Below are positions 38,469-52,027 of a stretch of 64,000 nucleotides of DNA, one piece after another. This DNA comes from Paraspadella gotoi. Taxonomy: Eukaryota; Animalia; Chaetognatha. The DNA lies in assembly GCA_051294375.1 (NCBI GenBank), contig CM119269.1, forward strand, positions 10,041,056-10,105,055, given 5' to 3'. Each line of letters opens with the position of its first letter. The first letter of the stretch is position 1. A model generated the notes under the pieces. That model was not told the DNA's origin. It searched no databases and saw only the letters and a list, made by a program, of their open reading frames with translations. Position numbers and translations under genes: made by a program.

Positions 38469-41110
38469 GGCTTTGGCGACAGAGTTAGCCGGAAATTATA
38501 AGAATCTCATAGTCTTTAAAGCTTTTGGTTCTTTCTCCATATTTTGTCACTTTCATCCAAATTCTTTTGATGTATTTTTTTTTTTTTTTTCCAAGAATTC
38601 TTTTTTGATGTAATGTTCACATTTTATCATTTTGTTTCGATGTTTATCCATTAGGTTTTTAGCTTGCACAGCTTGTTCCAAACTGATACTCACTTTGTCG
38701 TATCTTAGTCTATCCAACTCACGTGTAGAAAGTTAAAATAGCAAAAACATATATACAACAAAAACAGAAGACGCTAACGTCATTAGAAATGACGATTTAT
38801 TGAAATAATAATTGAACTGTGCGCCGATCTCATTACAGCATTTCCTACTCATTTGCGGAATAAAAAAAGATGTAATATGCCAAATATAGGTTGGGACATG
38901 AGGCTTAGATATTAAAAAGTGATCAATTAACACCTTCGCAATTCCTTTTTTCCTTCTCTACTTTTTTTCTTTCTCTTCTTTTCCTCCCTTCCTCCTTCCC
39001 TCCCTCCCTACCCTCTTTCTATCCCTCTCACCCTCTTCCTTCTCCTCTTTTCATTCTTCTCTCTCTCTCTCTCTCCCTCTCCCTCTCACCTCCATCCTCT
39101 TCCTCTTCCTTCCCTTCCTTCGTTTCGATTCTTCACGAGACGAAAAACTTTTTTCTGGGAAAAAGATTTTGGGTCCGAATTCGACGTCACGCGAAGCAAG
39201 GGAAATCGCAGGACGAGATTCGTGGGGGGGGGTTTGGCGTATCCTGCGATTTTCCGCTTCTCGACGTCGAATTCGGACCCAAAATCTTTTGTCCCAAGAA
39301 AAAGTTTTTTCGTCTCGTGAAGAATCGAACGAAGGAAGGGAAGGAAGAGGAGAGGATGGAGGTGAGAGGGAGAGGGAGAGAGAGAGAGAGGAAGATGAAG
39401 AGGGAGAAGGAAGAGGGTGAGAGGGATAGAAAGAGGGGTAGGGAGGGAGGGAAGGGAAGGGAGGAAAAGAAGAGAAAGAAAAAAAGTAGAGAAGGAAAAA
39501 GGAATTGCGAGGTGTTAATTGATCACTTGTTATATCTAAGCCTCATTCCAACCTTATTTGCATATTACATCTTTTTTATTCCGCAAATGAGTAGGAAAAT
39601 GCTGTAATGAGATCGTGCGCACAGTTCAATTATTATTTCAATAAATCGTCATTTTTAATGACATTAGCGTCTTCTGTTTTTGTTGTATATATGTTTTTGC
39701 TATTTTAACGTTTTACACGTGAGTTGGATAGACTAAGATACGACAAAGTGAGTTTCAGTTGGAACAAGCTGTGCAACTAAAAAACCTAATGGATAAACAT
39801 CGAAACAAAATGATAAAATGTGAACATTACATCAAAAAAGATTTCTGGATGAAAAGTGACAAAATATGGAGAAAAGAACCAAAGCTTTAAAGACTATGAG
39901 ATTCTTATAATTTCCGGCTTAACTCTGTCGCCAATAGCCCCTCTCTCTCTCTCTTCTTCTCTCCTCTCTCTCTCTCTCTCCTCTCTCTCTCTTCTTCTCT
40001 ATCTCTCTCTATCTCGCGAACCAATTTATCACAACCGCTTACGAAATGTCACCAACGCGCTTCGCCGCCCGGCGAGAGATTCAGTGAAAAGTAATGAGAC
40101 CCGATCACAAATCACAAACATCGTCTGATGTTAGACGAGGAAAAAAAGTAAGGAAGGGGTTGAGAGAGAAAATAACGTGTGAGGGCGAAAGGGACCAAAT
40201 TAATTTACTAATATCAACTGAATGGACATATGAAAAATTGGATTTTTGATGTTTGGTTCATTTAGATCAGCTGACCAATTCAAAACCTAATTCTTCCCAC
40301 TTTCATTATCCTCCCTCAAGAAAATTTATTTTCCATTTTAATCAATATTATTATTAAGTATTAAAGTTTATTTAATCTTCTCCACTTCGTTAGGAAAGCT
40401 TTTACTACTATAAAATAAATATTTTTTTCATGATGCTACTTCAAGTTGCGAGTTTTTGCAAAGGCAAATAGACACTCTCGCTCAAAGTCTGCTTTTTTTA
40501 TTCCGTCTGCATGAAGAAGCAATTCTTTTTCTTTGTTCTTATGTTTTTTTTCTTTGTTCTTAGATTCTATTTCTTTCTTTTTTTCTTTTTTTTTCGAGAT
40601 AAGACTCGTTGAGAAAGTTCGTGACCCTCGAATCTTTGCCTCCAAAATCAGAGAAGAAAAGAAAACTTATCTTTCTTTTTTTTTTTTTTTGTCACTCCGA
40701 AAAGCAGAAGAGAGCAGAATGTATTTCTTCCTTTGATCCTCTTTTACTTTCAAGTTTGGATGAAAAGAAATCTGAAATATAACTGAAACAAGAACGGTAA
40801 TTCCAATGTGTTGCGCCCCATTGACTTTCTTATCAAGTATATTTACGGGAGATCACGTGACTACCCAAATATGAAATGTATGAGCAATTGAGCTTCAAGC
40901 GTCGATCACTTATATCTGCAAAGTTTTAACTAAAACAATACGCGCGTTATGTTAAGTTATCTACGTATATCCTTAGCTCCTCATACAGCAAACAGGGTTA
41001 CTTAATACTTACGTATCTTAGAGCAAGGCTTAGAAGTTTTACCGATCTATCCCCCCCTCCTCACTCTTCCCAAGGAAAGTTAACGGGTGGGGATTGAACC
41101 CGAGACCTTA
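37292..41110. repeat. 3.8-kb palindrome, arms about 1.9 kb, 28-nt spacer at 39214-39241
   Basis: Arms are near-identical reverse complements. The left arm begins immediately after a 25-N gap. Confidence 0.95.
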
Positions 41111-41150
41111 TGATCATGCCTCAATAAGCCACCACCGAGTAACGACTGAA
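41040..41150 (-). mobile_element. Degenerate tRNA-derived SINE head
   Basis: On the minus strand gtcgttactcggtggt (A-box-like) followed by GGGTTCAATCCC (B box). Truncated mirror copy at 37300-37360. Confidence 0.4.
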
Positions 41151-41282
41151 AGGATTTAAGGTCTCTCAGCATCATAAACATGAGCAATACGCTCAACAAA
41201 CATGTTGTAACGGGTAGTGAAAGACAATAACGTTACAGCTCTGCAGCTGCCGCTGAATTCAATTCCTCTTCTCCCGCCGCAG

Positions 41283-41421
41283 GAGGACTGGGTGAGTTGC
41301 GTGATCGAATCCAACCCGATGCCGCCGCCTACCGAGTTCCGGTTCGTGATTCCGGGTGGGTTCGTGCCGCTGCATCGACTTGATCACCGGACAAGAGTGA
41401 ATCCGGTGACGAACGCGAGAG
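41283..41421 (+). CDS. IgSF exon: B-C strands of a further Ig domain (EDWVSCVIESNPMPPPTEFRFVIPGG..NAR)
   Basis: Acceptor cttctcccgccgcAG and donor AGAG|GTGAGT; phase 0 to 1. CxVxSNPxP Ig motif. Confidence 0.8.
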
Positions 41422-43041
41422 GTGAGTTAAGGCGTGAGGGTGAGGTAAGAGGAAAAGCAGAATAAAAGGAGAAACGATAGTTTAACTAGAGATTTAAAAC
41501 TCTTGTTTTGTTTGTTTTGCTTCTTCGTTTTGATTTCATTTTTTCTCCATCGCCTCGAACCTCTTTTTGTCAATTCCACTTTTGGCTTCAATCCACATTC
41601 ATTGTGATCTAACTATTCCCTTTCCCCCCATTTTACTATGGGTGCTTCTTATTCACTTTTCTTTCTTTCATTTTCTAACCCAACTCCCCTTCTCTTCCTT
41701 TGGATATAATGAGATAATGATACTACTTCTTTTCTCCTCAGAAAACAATATTCTAAAAAAATCTTTCAGCTTATTGTTTCCTTTTGTTTTTTTCCTTCGG
41801 TCATTAATTTTTATCTTTTGTTAAATTGTAAAACCTACAATTTTGTGTGTATCGTCTTTTCCCTTTGAATTTACAGTTTAAAACTAAATGTTGCATACGA
41901 TAAAACACATAATTCTTCCTCCCGCCTCGTCTCTCATCCCCTACAACCTCTCTTAAACTTTTTCCACCCTCTCTCCAGTCCTCTCTTTTTCTTACTCTCT
42001 CCGTCCCTCCTTCCTCTAACATCCTTCTGCTCTTCACTCTTCACCTTCTTTACTATCCTCTGCTTCTCCTCTACCCTCTTCTCCTCTACTCCTTCTCCTC
42101 ATCCTCTTTCTCTTTCCCCTCCTTCCCTACACTTCCTCTTCCTCCTCATCTCGCTTCTTCTTCTGGTCCTTACCTTTCCTCTACTCTTCTTCCTTCTCCA
42201 CCATTCCTTCCCTTCTTCCCTCCTCTTCCTCTCTTCCTCTACCCCTCCTCTTATTCTCTTCTTCCTCCTCCTCCTTCCTCACTTCCTCCACCCCTCTCTT
42301 CTACCTTTCTTCTTCCTCTCTTCTCTCGCCCCTTCTTCTCCCTCCACCTTCCCTCTTCCTGTAACTACTTCCTCCAATTATGCTCAGCCTTTTTTCGCTC
42401 TGGGCCTTTTTTCTTGATTTTTATCCCATTATCAGAGTATGGCGGAGAAGTGTGTGGGAGCGAGGTCGCGCTGTGTATGTGGATTGCGCAATGGTTTGGC
42501 GAGACGTAGTTGGTCTGATGTGGAACGACTGTGGTTTTGTTGTCTTTCCTGTGGTAGAATTTTGTGATAATGATGGGGATGCTATGTATTTTATGTTGTC
42601 TGCGGCTTTGTGAGGCTATTTCCCTTTCGATTATGTGCAGGGCTACAATGAGGTCAGGAGGCCAGGAGGTCGAAGTTCAAACGGAGAATGGGTTTTTTCA
42701 GGGATCAGAATGGGGGAAGTCTACCGGTAGGTTTGGAAGATAGCGAATTTTGATAGGGAATAGTTGTGGCATTCTGAGCTAAGGCATATTGCAAAATTGA
42801 GTGGTAGAGCTTTCTAAGATAAAGTTAAGCAAAAGTTGATTCATTGCAACTGTCCGCTCTGTGAAGTCGACTTTGTTTGGGTGATCGACTCGCGAGACCA
42901 ACTGTAATGTGATCTATGTCGTCAGTCAGTGGTGGGATCATGATCGAGGTTAAAATCGTTTGCAGATCGTGAGATGGGGTCGATGACTTTCCTGTCGTCG
43001 TCGTCTTCAGTTTTCGATCAGGATGTGGTCAAGTGAAGATT

Positions 43042-43250
43042 GTATGAAATTGGTACTACCAATATATAAATTATATCCATTTATTTAACAAATAAGCTAT
43101 CTTGTCCCAGACTTTGGACAGGCTTTGGTGGTTTCAGGCCTCCATCACTCTTGCGAGATAATGACATAGCATGTCCCCGCAAGCTTTCAATCAAGATTCT
43201 CTCACGGTCTCGTTTATTCACTCCCTGAGTACCTGGCTTCTCTCTCAATG
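43042..43250 (+). repeat. Unclassified dispersed repeat family
   Basis: Motifs tatgaaattggtacaaccaatat..gcaagctttcaatcaagattct..ttattcactccc-gagta-ctgg are shared with 6133-6300, 15185-15340 (-), 36946-36990 (partial) and 48379-48560 (diverged). Confidence 0.65.
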
Positions 43251-44270
43251 AAGTGGTATTCAAGGATTAAAGGATAGCCTTTTACTAAGGGATGATTGAT
43301 TGATTGATTTTCAATTAGTCGTTATTGACAGGAAATCGAGGAATACGATTGATGATCGCGACAAAGTAAATAAACTGCTTGGCAGATGCTAAGCTCAGTG
43401 GTTCATGCTTGGTAACCCCGTCGCTCGCTCGGTGACTCAAAATATCGAAATTTCCTTTCAATGTCCTCGTTTTCTTTTTTATTATTCTTTTTTTTTTTTT
43501 AAACGAAGGCGAAAGGGGAAGAGGGAGGAAGGAGGAGAAAATTCGATAATTTTCGTCAAGGATAAAACTTTTCTGCCAAAGAAGAAAAAAATGTTTCTCT
43601 TTCCGCTTTTTGCGATTTCATTTAAAATTGAAATTATATATTTATTTTTGTGAGGATTTTGGTTACATTTTTCTTCTCTTTTTTGGGGGGTTTTAGAATA
43701 ATTGTTTTTTCGGTATCATATAAAATTCGTTGTTAATGAAACAAAATAGTTTTCAAAGGAACATTTTAAGAAGCTATATATATCTTAGTCAAACTCACTC
43801 ATTCACCTCCGCCACGCTCAATTGCCACCTCGCCCTCACCCTCCCACCTCCCACCTCCCGCCTCCCAAATACTTCGTCCGTCGGCGACACTAAATCGACC
43901 ATTTGTCTCGTTTCCAAAAGGAATTCGTCCCGACGACCGAACGACGCAAGATGGCGGAAGAGGAAAAGAAAAGGGAGGAAAAGGAAAGAAAAACGGAGAT
44001 TCGAACAAAAGGTAAATAGAGGAAAGGAAAGGGAGGAAAAGGGAAAGGAAGAAAAAGGAAAGAAAAAGGAAAGAAAAAAGGAGATTCGAACAAAAGGTAA
44101 ATATAGGAGAGGAAAGGAGGCAAGAGAAGGAGAGGAAGGAATAAAAGGGAAAGAAAAAGAAAAAAAGTGGGAATAGAGGAAAGGAAGGGGATGTAGAGGA
44201 AAGGAAAGATTTGAAAAAGGAAAGAAAAAGGGGAGCAATAGGAGAGTGAACGTTGATCCTTAGGGAGATT

Positions 44271-44343
<73 letters not shown>

Positions 44344-44566
44344 CAAATGGAATCGAATCAAAGAAAAGCTTCTTGATAAAGGGAGAAATAAAGTAACCTC
44401 ATTTTAAAACGACAGAAATGTTATTTTTGGTTTAGATCTAATCTTGAGAAAAAAGAAACTTTTCCTTTTTATGTCAGCCACATTTTTTCAACTTCAAACC
44501 TTAAAATAAAAACTTTAAGTGAAGAACCTTTTTTAATAGGATAATTAATGAAAGATAGAGAAAAAG

Positions 44567-44661
<95 letters not shown>

Positions 44662-44760
44662 AAAAAAACAAAAAAAGGATTTATCACGAAAATAAAGGAC
44701 TAATTGGGTTTTCAAGCGAAGCCTGACACAATTTTTTTAGAACATCTGCTGCTCTTTCTT

Positions 44761-44797
<37 letters not shown>

Positions 44798-45214
44798 CTC
44801 AGACGCCCAACCCCCATTCCTCTGCTCCATCTGCCACCAAATTTCGATTGGAGCGGGACAGCGATCCAAGTGGAGCTGAAAATCACTCGCGATTTGCTGT
44901 CTAGAACTTCACCCAATGTAGAGGTACAGGGTGACCTAGAATTAAAACAATATCGCATGGTATAGGGTAGTTAGAAATAAGGTCGAAGTACAATGAGGGC
45001 AGAATATCAGGGTATAGGGTTGGCAAAAAAAAGTAAAGATACAAGATGTATTACAGGGTGGGAAAAATTTATTTTACAAAAGAAGCAAATATTAAAAGCT
45101 AAATGTTCAGTGTTGTTGCAGAATCTGAAATAAGTTTTTTTTCCTCTTTCACAGTTGTTGCAGAATCTGAAATAAGTTTTTTTCCTCTTTCACAGTTTTT
45201 TTCCTCTTTCACAG

Positions 45215-45344
45215 ATCGCCCTCGAGTTCACTGGATCATCAACTGTGAATCGCAAACTTGTTTACTCTCCTCTTCCATCTCTCACTAATTCACGTCTTCG
45301 CCGTCCGATGGCGTCGATTCAAATCGGGAGGGGAAGAAATTCCG
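45215..45344 (+). CDS. Probable IgSF exon (IALEFTGSSTVNRKLVYSPLP..GRGRNS)
   Basis: Strong acceptor ttttcctctttcacAG and donor CCG|GTGAGT; open phase 0 to 1, compatible with exon 6 upstream and the 49639 exon downstream. Confidence 0.6.
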
Positions 45345-46319
45345 GTGAGTGTCTTTTGTTTTTGTTTTTTTTATCGGAAGAGACATCTACGATTCTTTTT
45401 GGTTTTCTTAACAACGACAAAAAACAAAAGGAAATCGAGAAAAAAAAAGAAAAAAATGTTTTTTTTTGTTCCGGCAAAGTGTTGTTGTTCGACTTACAAT
45501 TTGAAATAGGCAGCTCTTTCAACGAAAATCTTTAAGCTTAAAATAATATTTATTATTCATGAATTTTTTTTTTTAAATTTGTTTTATCATTTTAACCCCA
45601 AATTTTAAAAAAAGAAGAAAAAAGAACCGAAAAATCCCGACGCCTCGAATTCAGTTTTAAAGAGAATCGTAAAAATGAAGTTGAAAAATAAAAAAAATCT
45701 AAAAATAAAAAAGATTCATGATGGAATCATTCAAAATTTTTTTAATTAAATTGATAGCATATACTTGTTCTTTTAACAAGTTAAACAAACAATATTTGGT
45801 TTTAATTTTCTTCCTACAAGCTCTTTTTTTAAAAGAAGATCTACAGAGATGCTATTTAATTATAGAGCATCTATACTACTAAAAAAAAGTTTATTTATTT
45901 AATATTAATATTTCATTCCGATCCATCTATTTGGTTTTACTTAAAAATCAAATGAAATGATTAAAAAGTCTATTAAAGAGATCCCGACGAATGACGTGAC
46001 GCATCGGCAAAAGGAAGGCCATCGAAATTCTTGGTTGATTCACGATTGGTGAAGTAAAGAAGAGTGAAAAGAGAAACATAAAACTCGAGCTTTTAGACAC
46101 AAGGCATGATCAAAAATCACAAGATTCACAATTATAAGGGACATCACAGGATTCACAATAGAAGTGAAAAAGTCGACCTCACATGTCGACTTTTCGCTGG
46201 TGAAGCGACATTTCCTGATTCCTTCGTGAGATAACATTTTTTTTTCTTCCTTGAAAAGTCGCCATCGTGTCAAAGGTCTTCTCTCCAGCGACGCCATTCA
46301 TCACGCAAAAAGGACGACC

Positions 46320-46810
46320 GTTTCCGCTCCAACAACCCAACTCCCCGTAGCTTCCAACTCCCCTTAGCTTCATTTCGCTCCAACAACCCAACTCTCCTTA
46401 GCTTCATTTGGCTCCAACACCCCAATCTCCATACGCTCTCCATTCGCGTCACAACACCAACCTCCCTAGCTGCATCCGCTCCACAACCACCCGCTTCGCT
46501 TCACTTCTTTCACACACAGATCTACTTCAAATTCGTCAACAACCCAAATTTCTTTTGGCTCAATCTCACAACAAATCTCTCTCCTAATAGCCAACTCCCA
46601 TTCATTTTACTCCAACAACCGATCTTCATTTGGCTTTATTCTGCTCTCCCTCCCTGCTCCAACAACCCAACTTTCTTTTCAGTCAATCCAGTTCCAACAA
46701 CCCATGCTCACTAGGTTCCATCTCGCTCCAACCAGCCATTTTCATTAAGCTCCAACACTCCCCACATTTTCCTACTCGATCATTCTTTCCATCCAACCCA
46801 ACCAACCTTC
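46320..46810 (+). repeat. Degenerate minisatellite (gctccaacaacccaactctccttagcttcattt-like)
   Basis: Recurrent ctccaacaaccc motif with about 33-50 bp spacing. Confidence 0.65.
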
Positions 46811-47797
46811 CCCTTTTCCACACCAGCGAAATGTTGTCTTCTTATTTCTAATGCATCACTTCTATTTATAAACTTTAGTCTGACCAAAAAAAATTCTCCC
46901 CACAAACACCACAAATCCCACATTTTTGCTCAGCCACAACCTCGCATCAGCTGGTCGCAGAATGACGACAACGACGACGACGAAGACAACGACGACGATA
47001 ACGACGAATACGACGACGACAATGACGACGACTTGACAAATTTCTCTTCCGCCGCCAGGGCGTCCTGGTCGCGAAGGCTGTCAGAGCCGCTGGCGTCAGC
47101 GACACAAAGAACGCCGACGCCGCCGCAGCCGCAGCCAGCAGCGTCGCAGGCCAGCTTCTTTCAAAGTCCCACTTTTGGTTGCAATTAAGAAATGGGGAGA
47201 TTTTCTCAGTTCAGATGGCGTCGACGTTCATTTGATTTTTCACCTCGATTCACACGCGAGACAACAACGACGACGACGACGACGACAACAACGACGACGA
47301 CAACAGATCAAGCGGCTAAGTTGCCCATCCACACTTTAGTGAAATTGGTACAACAAACAAAATATATATTTTATATAAAATACGACGGTTCCTTTGTAAA
47401 TTTAAATGCGTATTCGTTCACGATTCGAATTAGTGCTTACCTACCACTAGTATTTCGTTATTAATTTCAAAGATTTACTGGTTCTCCAAAAAAAAAATGT
47501 GCCATAAATTTTTTTTAAATTACGATGGATTTACACGCTTTTCAAATTAACTAATTAACTAATTAATTAGTTAAATTCCGACATGACATGACATGGCATG
47601 ACGATGACAATGAGGAGGATGACGGCAAAGAAGAATACGACAACGACATCAATGAAAAGGATAACAACGACAATCGTCCTTCAGCTCAGCTCAGCTCAAT
47701 CGAAAAAAAAAGGCACAGGATATCAGAGTGAACCTCCGCTTTGCCCTTTTTAGCAGCGAGGGAATTTGAAAGAGAGAGAGAGAGAGAGATTAGAGAG

Positions 47798-47853
<56 letters not shown>

Positions 47854-48826
47854 GGAGAGGAGAGAGTGATGGGAGGAGAGAAAGGAGGAGAGTGAGAGAG
47901 AGGGAGGACAGGGGAGACGAGGAGTGGGAAAGAGCAGAGACAGAAGAAGCGACACCAGAGAAGACCCACGAATACCTCCTCACCCCTGGTTCACCCCCGG
48001 AATTCTTAGCTTAAGACTTTTCTCTAATAGGAGACACAACACAATCCGTGCAGACAGGAATCAGAAGGAATTTAAAGTGAGGAGGAAGGAAAGAAAGATT
48101 CTCTCCCTCTTTTTCTCGCTCATAACTTTGTTGACCGCCTTCAGCGATTTTCTTTTCTGCCGCTGATGTCGTCAATGATTTGGTTGAGGGCAGAGTTTCG
48201 TTGGTCCCTTTGCGCCATCAAGAAATGTATAGAAGCAATGTTGCTTTAGACCACGGAACCATCAGCAATTGGGGTTGCTTCCGCCCGTTGCGTCTTCGAC
48301 ACCCAATAAAAATGGAGACAAACCGACTGTATTGTACCATCTGTATAGAAGTTACTACATTACAACACCAAGGTCGCTCATGAAATTGGGACAACCAATA
48401 TAACAATTGTTCATTCATTCAAAAAATAAGCAATCTTGCCCTTCACTTTGGACAAGCTATGATGGGTTAAGGGCTTCATTCCCTAAGGGCTCCAAGATAA
48501 TAACACAGAAGGAACGAGGAAGCTTTCAGGACTTTCTCTCAGTCGTCTATCATCTCCGAGAAAACGTTCTTTCTCTCTCGATTAAATGTTATAATGTTAT
48601 AATATATAATTTTTGTACCAAACTTGTACCATGCTTCATAAATACAGCATCCTAACCGAGATGATCAGTAAATCGACTCACGCACGCTCGGTAGGCGGCG
48701 CGGCGGTAAAGAGATGTGGCGTCGCAAGTTGAAAAGAGGCGCTACTCATCCTCCGGCGCACGAATCCTTTCAACGACGCTAACTTTTCCATCTTTTCCTC
48801 GTTTCTCTCTCAAAAATCCTTAATCT

Positions 48827-48893
<67 letters not shown>

Positions 48894-49638
48894 GTCATTC
48901 TGGCTGTCTAAGTGTATAAGTGTATAACCGTATATAGTGGATCCTAATGGTTATGAGCTGATGACCCACCGAGTCCCGACTAAAGGTGGGGTGAATGTAT
49001 GGCTGATTGTCCGATGTATTATCTTTTTAATATTAATATCTTTGTATTACTTCCTTCCCTAACGTCTGTCTCTCACTCAATATTTCGTTCTCTAAATCAG
49101 ACGCTCCCACAAAAAACCACACACAACCACATCCCCACACAAACGAGAGAGATAATCTCGGAGGATTTCTCACATTATGAATCAAATCCTTTGGAAACTC
49201 ACGAAGCGAAAGCGGAGGAAGAAGAGAAGAAAGTATTAAAAAGAAAAGAAAGAGGAAGAAAGAGAGTGATAAAGAGAAAGAGAAAAACGCATCGTGAATT
49301 ATATAAGAGAAGAGAAGACTCTGTGATAGGTGAGGTTATTTGTCGAGACATTCATCCTTGGTTATTACAAAGATAAGGCTTTTCTTTTCTTTTCTTTTCC
49401 ATTTTTGTATTTCGTAAAGTCAAATAGTTATCTAAAATATTAAATTTAAAAGATAAACATTTGAGTAAGAACTAAATAAAACAAAAAAAGAAACAAAAAA
49501 AACCTCAGAATTAACAAAAGAACAGTCGAAGTTTCAGGGAAAAGAAAAAGAAGAAGAAAAAAAGAGATAAAACGGAAATAAATTCGTTTATATATAAAAA
49601 TATTCCGTTAATCGCAGTTAATTTCGTTTTCGCTTCAG

Positions 49639-49745
49639 GGTCGTCATCGTCGTCGTCGTCGTCATCGTCCGGCAGAGGACGTGATCTTCTCGTCGCTAAA
49701 GTTCAACTCGTTCTCATCGTCGCTCCCTCCATCGTCTGTCCCCAG
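49639..49745 (+). CDS. IgSF exon: poly-Ser plus Ig G strand/linker (GSSSSSSSSSSGRGRDLLVAKVQLVLIVAPSIVCPQ)
   Basis: Acceptor gttttcgcttcAG and donor CAG|GTGAGG; phase 1 to 0. VxLxxxxxPxI domain-junction motif. Confidence 0.7.
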
Positions 49746-49816
49746 GTGAGGAGAGGGCAGATTGAGGTCAGGGTAAGGATTTAATTGACGGGATGATGGG
49801 GGAGAGAGAGGGAGAT

Positions 49817-49931
<115 letters not shown>

Positions 49932-50289
49932 TTTTGTGATTTTTTTGGGTGAGTTCAGGGTGAGGACTTTGATGGGTAGAGAAAGGTAAAGAGAAGTAAT
50001 ATTACAACAATAAAACAAAAGACTAGTAAAAAAATTTAGAATTTCTTTTTTTTCGTAACAAGAGGATTGTAGGGTAAGTTAACTTTTAAGATGAAAGTGA
50101 GAAGAGGAAAAGGTTATGGATGAGCCTTAGAGGTGAGGAAAGGGTCGAGATGAGAATTGACGAAGTGAGTCAGGACATGGACCTTGGGGTCAGTTCATCC
50201 CAGATTCGATCCTCAAGCGAGTCGTCAATTTCTTTCCCAAGTGACTCGTCTTCTCTCTCGATGGAACCGTCCCTTCGTCGCTCCCATCT

Positions 50290-50356
50290 TTCCATTTTTA
50301 GTCCATTTTTAGTCCATTTTTAGTCCATTTTTAGCCCATTTTTAGTCCATTTTTAA
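50290..50356 (+). repeat. 11-bp tandem repeat (ccatttttagt)n
   Basis: About 6 units read directly. Confidence 0.85.
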
Positions 50357-51047
50357 TCCTTTTGCAGTCAATTTAACTTTGGAGATATAAGAAAAGTTAC
50401 ATATAACAAAGAAGTGAGTAAAGGATACTTATAAGTTTTGAGGACAGCTGATAAGAGATATTGAAGGAGAGTGAAAAGAAATGAAAATATGGTCATATGA
50501 TAATACAGTGTTGACAGTTTTTGGGAATGATAATAACTTAATAAGATACATTTTTTTTCAATCTACAGCCCAACAATCGTAAAATTTAACAATTAATTAA
50601 TATTAAATAGAAAGAAATTGAAATTGAAAGTGAAGGAGTAAGAAAGTGAAAATAAGAAGAAGAAGAAAGAGCTCAAAAAAAGTTTTCTATCTTTAACCTT
50701 TTCTTCTTTTAAGCTTTTGCCTAATCCCTTCCTTAATTTTCTGATCTCTCCTATCCCTTTCCCTCTTCCCCAATCCCTTCCCCTGTTCCCNNNNNNNNNN
50801 NNNNNNNNNNNNNNNNNNNNNNNNNNNNNNNNNNNNNNNNNNNNNNNNNNNNNNNNNNNNNNNNNNNNNNNNNNNNNNNNNNNNNNNNNNNNNNNNNNNN
50901 NNNNNNNNNNNNNNNNNNNNNNNNNNNNNNNNNNNNNNNNNNNNNNNNNNNNNNNNNNNNNNNNNNNNNNNNNNNNNNNNNNNNNNNNNNNNNNNNNNNN
51001 NNNNNNNNNNNNNNNNNNNNNNNNNNNNNNNNNNNNNNNNNNNNNNN

Positions 51048-51080
<33 letters not shown>

Positions 51081-51619
51081 TGACGTGGCGCCATTACGAC
51101 TCTGGATTTTCTTTCTCCATTTTCTCGACTTCGGGTCAAAAAGCCTCGGGACATTTTTGGGTCTTCGATTTGGGGTCATGAGTCTCAACTGTAGGTCATT
51201 GGCTTTTTTGGGGTCAGTCGGGTCGCCAGCATCGCCTGGTGTCGGTTAGGATGCGTTGGTATAAACGTGGTGAGAGATGGTAGGTCAGTCCGCCTCTCAA
51301 TTCCATCTAAGAAAATTTTAAAAGATAATTATTTTATGTTACACGTTTTTATATATTTGATATTCCACGATTCTAAACTTCCAAATTTCTATACTTTAAA
51401 ATTTTAATACTCCAATATTCGCACATATTTCCATTTTTCCATAAATCTTCTCTTTCCTCTCTCCATTTCTTGTCGATTCCATTTTTCTATTTTTCCCTTT
51501 TTCCAATTTTTCATTTCCCAATATTTCCCAGTTCTTTCCAAAATTCTCTGACCAAAAAGCGAAGGCGACTAAATTCGCGTTTCTTTCCTAAAAATAATTT
51601 ATATACGATCTTCGATAAA

Positions 51620-51880
51620 ACAGATTTGCCTTCTAATATGCTACCTAATATTCCATCAAATATGTCATCTTACATGCCATCTGATATGCCATATAATTTT
51701 CTACCGGTTTTGCCAATTGATTTGCCAACTGATTTTCTATCTGATTAGCAACATGATTTGTCATCTAATTAGCAACCCGAAATGCCATCTGATTTGCGAC
51801 TTAATCTGCCATCAGATTAGTTATTTGATTTCTCGTCACCTTCGCCATCGAATTTTTCACCATGTTTGCCATCCGTTTTC
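51620..51880 (+). repeat. Degenerate 12-bp tandem repeat (tgccatctgatt-like)
   Basis: Periodic tgcc-a-ct-at motif, visible as PSNM/ICHL repeats in the ORF track. Confidence 0.7.
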
Positions 51881-52027
51881 TGACAGATCGACTGGCACTT
51901 TGGGCAAATAGTGGCGCCTCTCACGCTCAGTTCACAGCTCTGCCTTTAATCTCACGGAATTCGACTCACAGAGACGGTGGTGTAAGGAAATAATTAGCAA
52001 AGGATAAATAAAAAAAACGCGATACTA

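Noticed and set aside
42437-42613. Possible exon after ttatcAG
   Set aside because: Noisy G/T-rich sequence with an early stop in the required phase and no donor.
45215-45344. Reading this exon as a frameshifted fibronectin-III fragment (DRPRVHW..FAVRWRR)
   Set aside because: It requires an indel, whereas the phase-0 frame is fully open and phase-compatible with its neighbours.
48955-49000. Hammerhead-like CTGATGA followed by a CCCACC/GGTGGG stem
   Set aside because: Followed by GTGAAT rather than GAAA, and no stems I/III or cleavage triplet could be placed.
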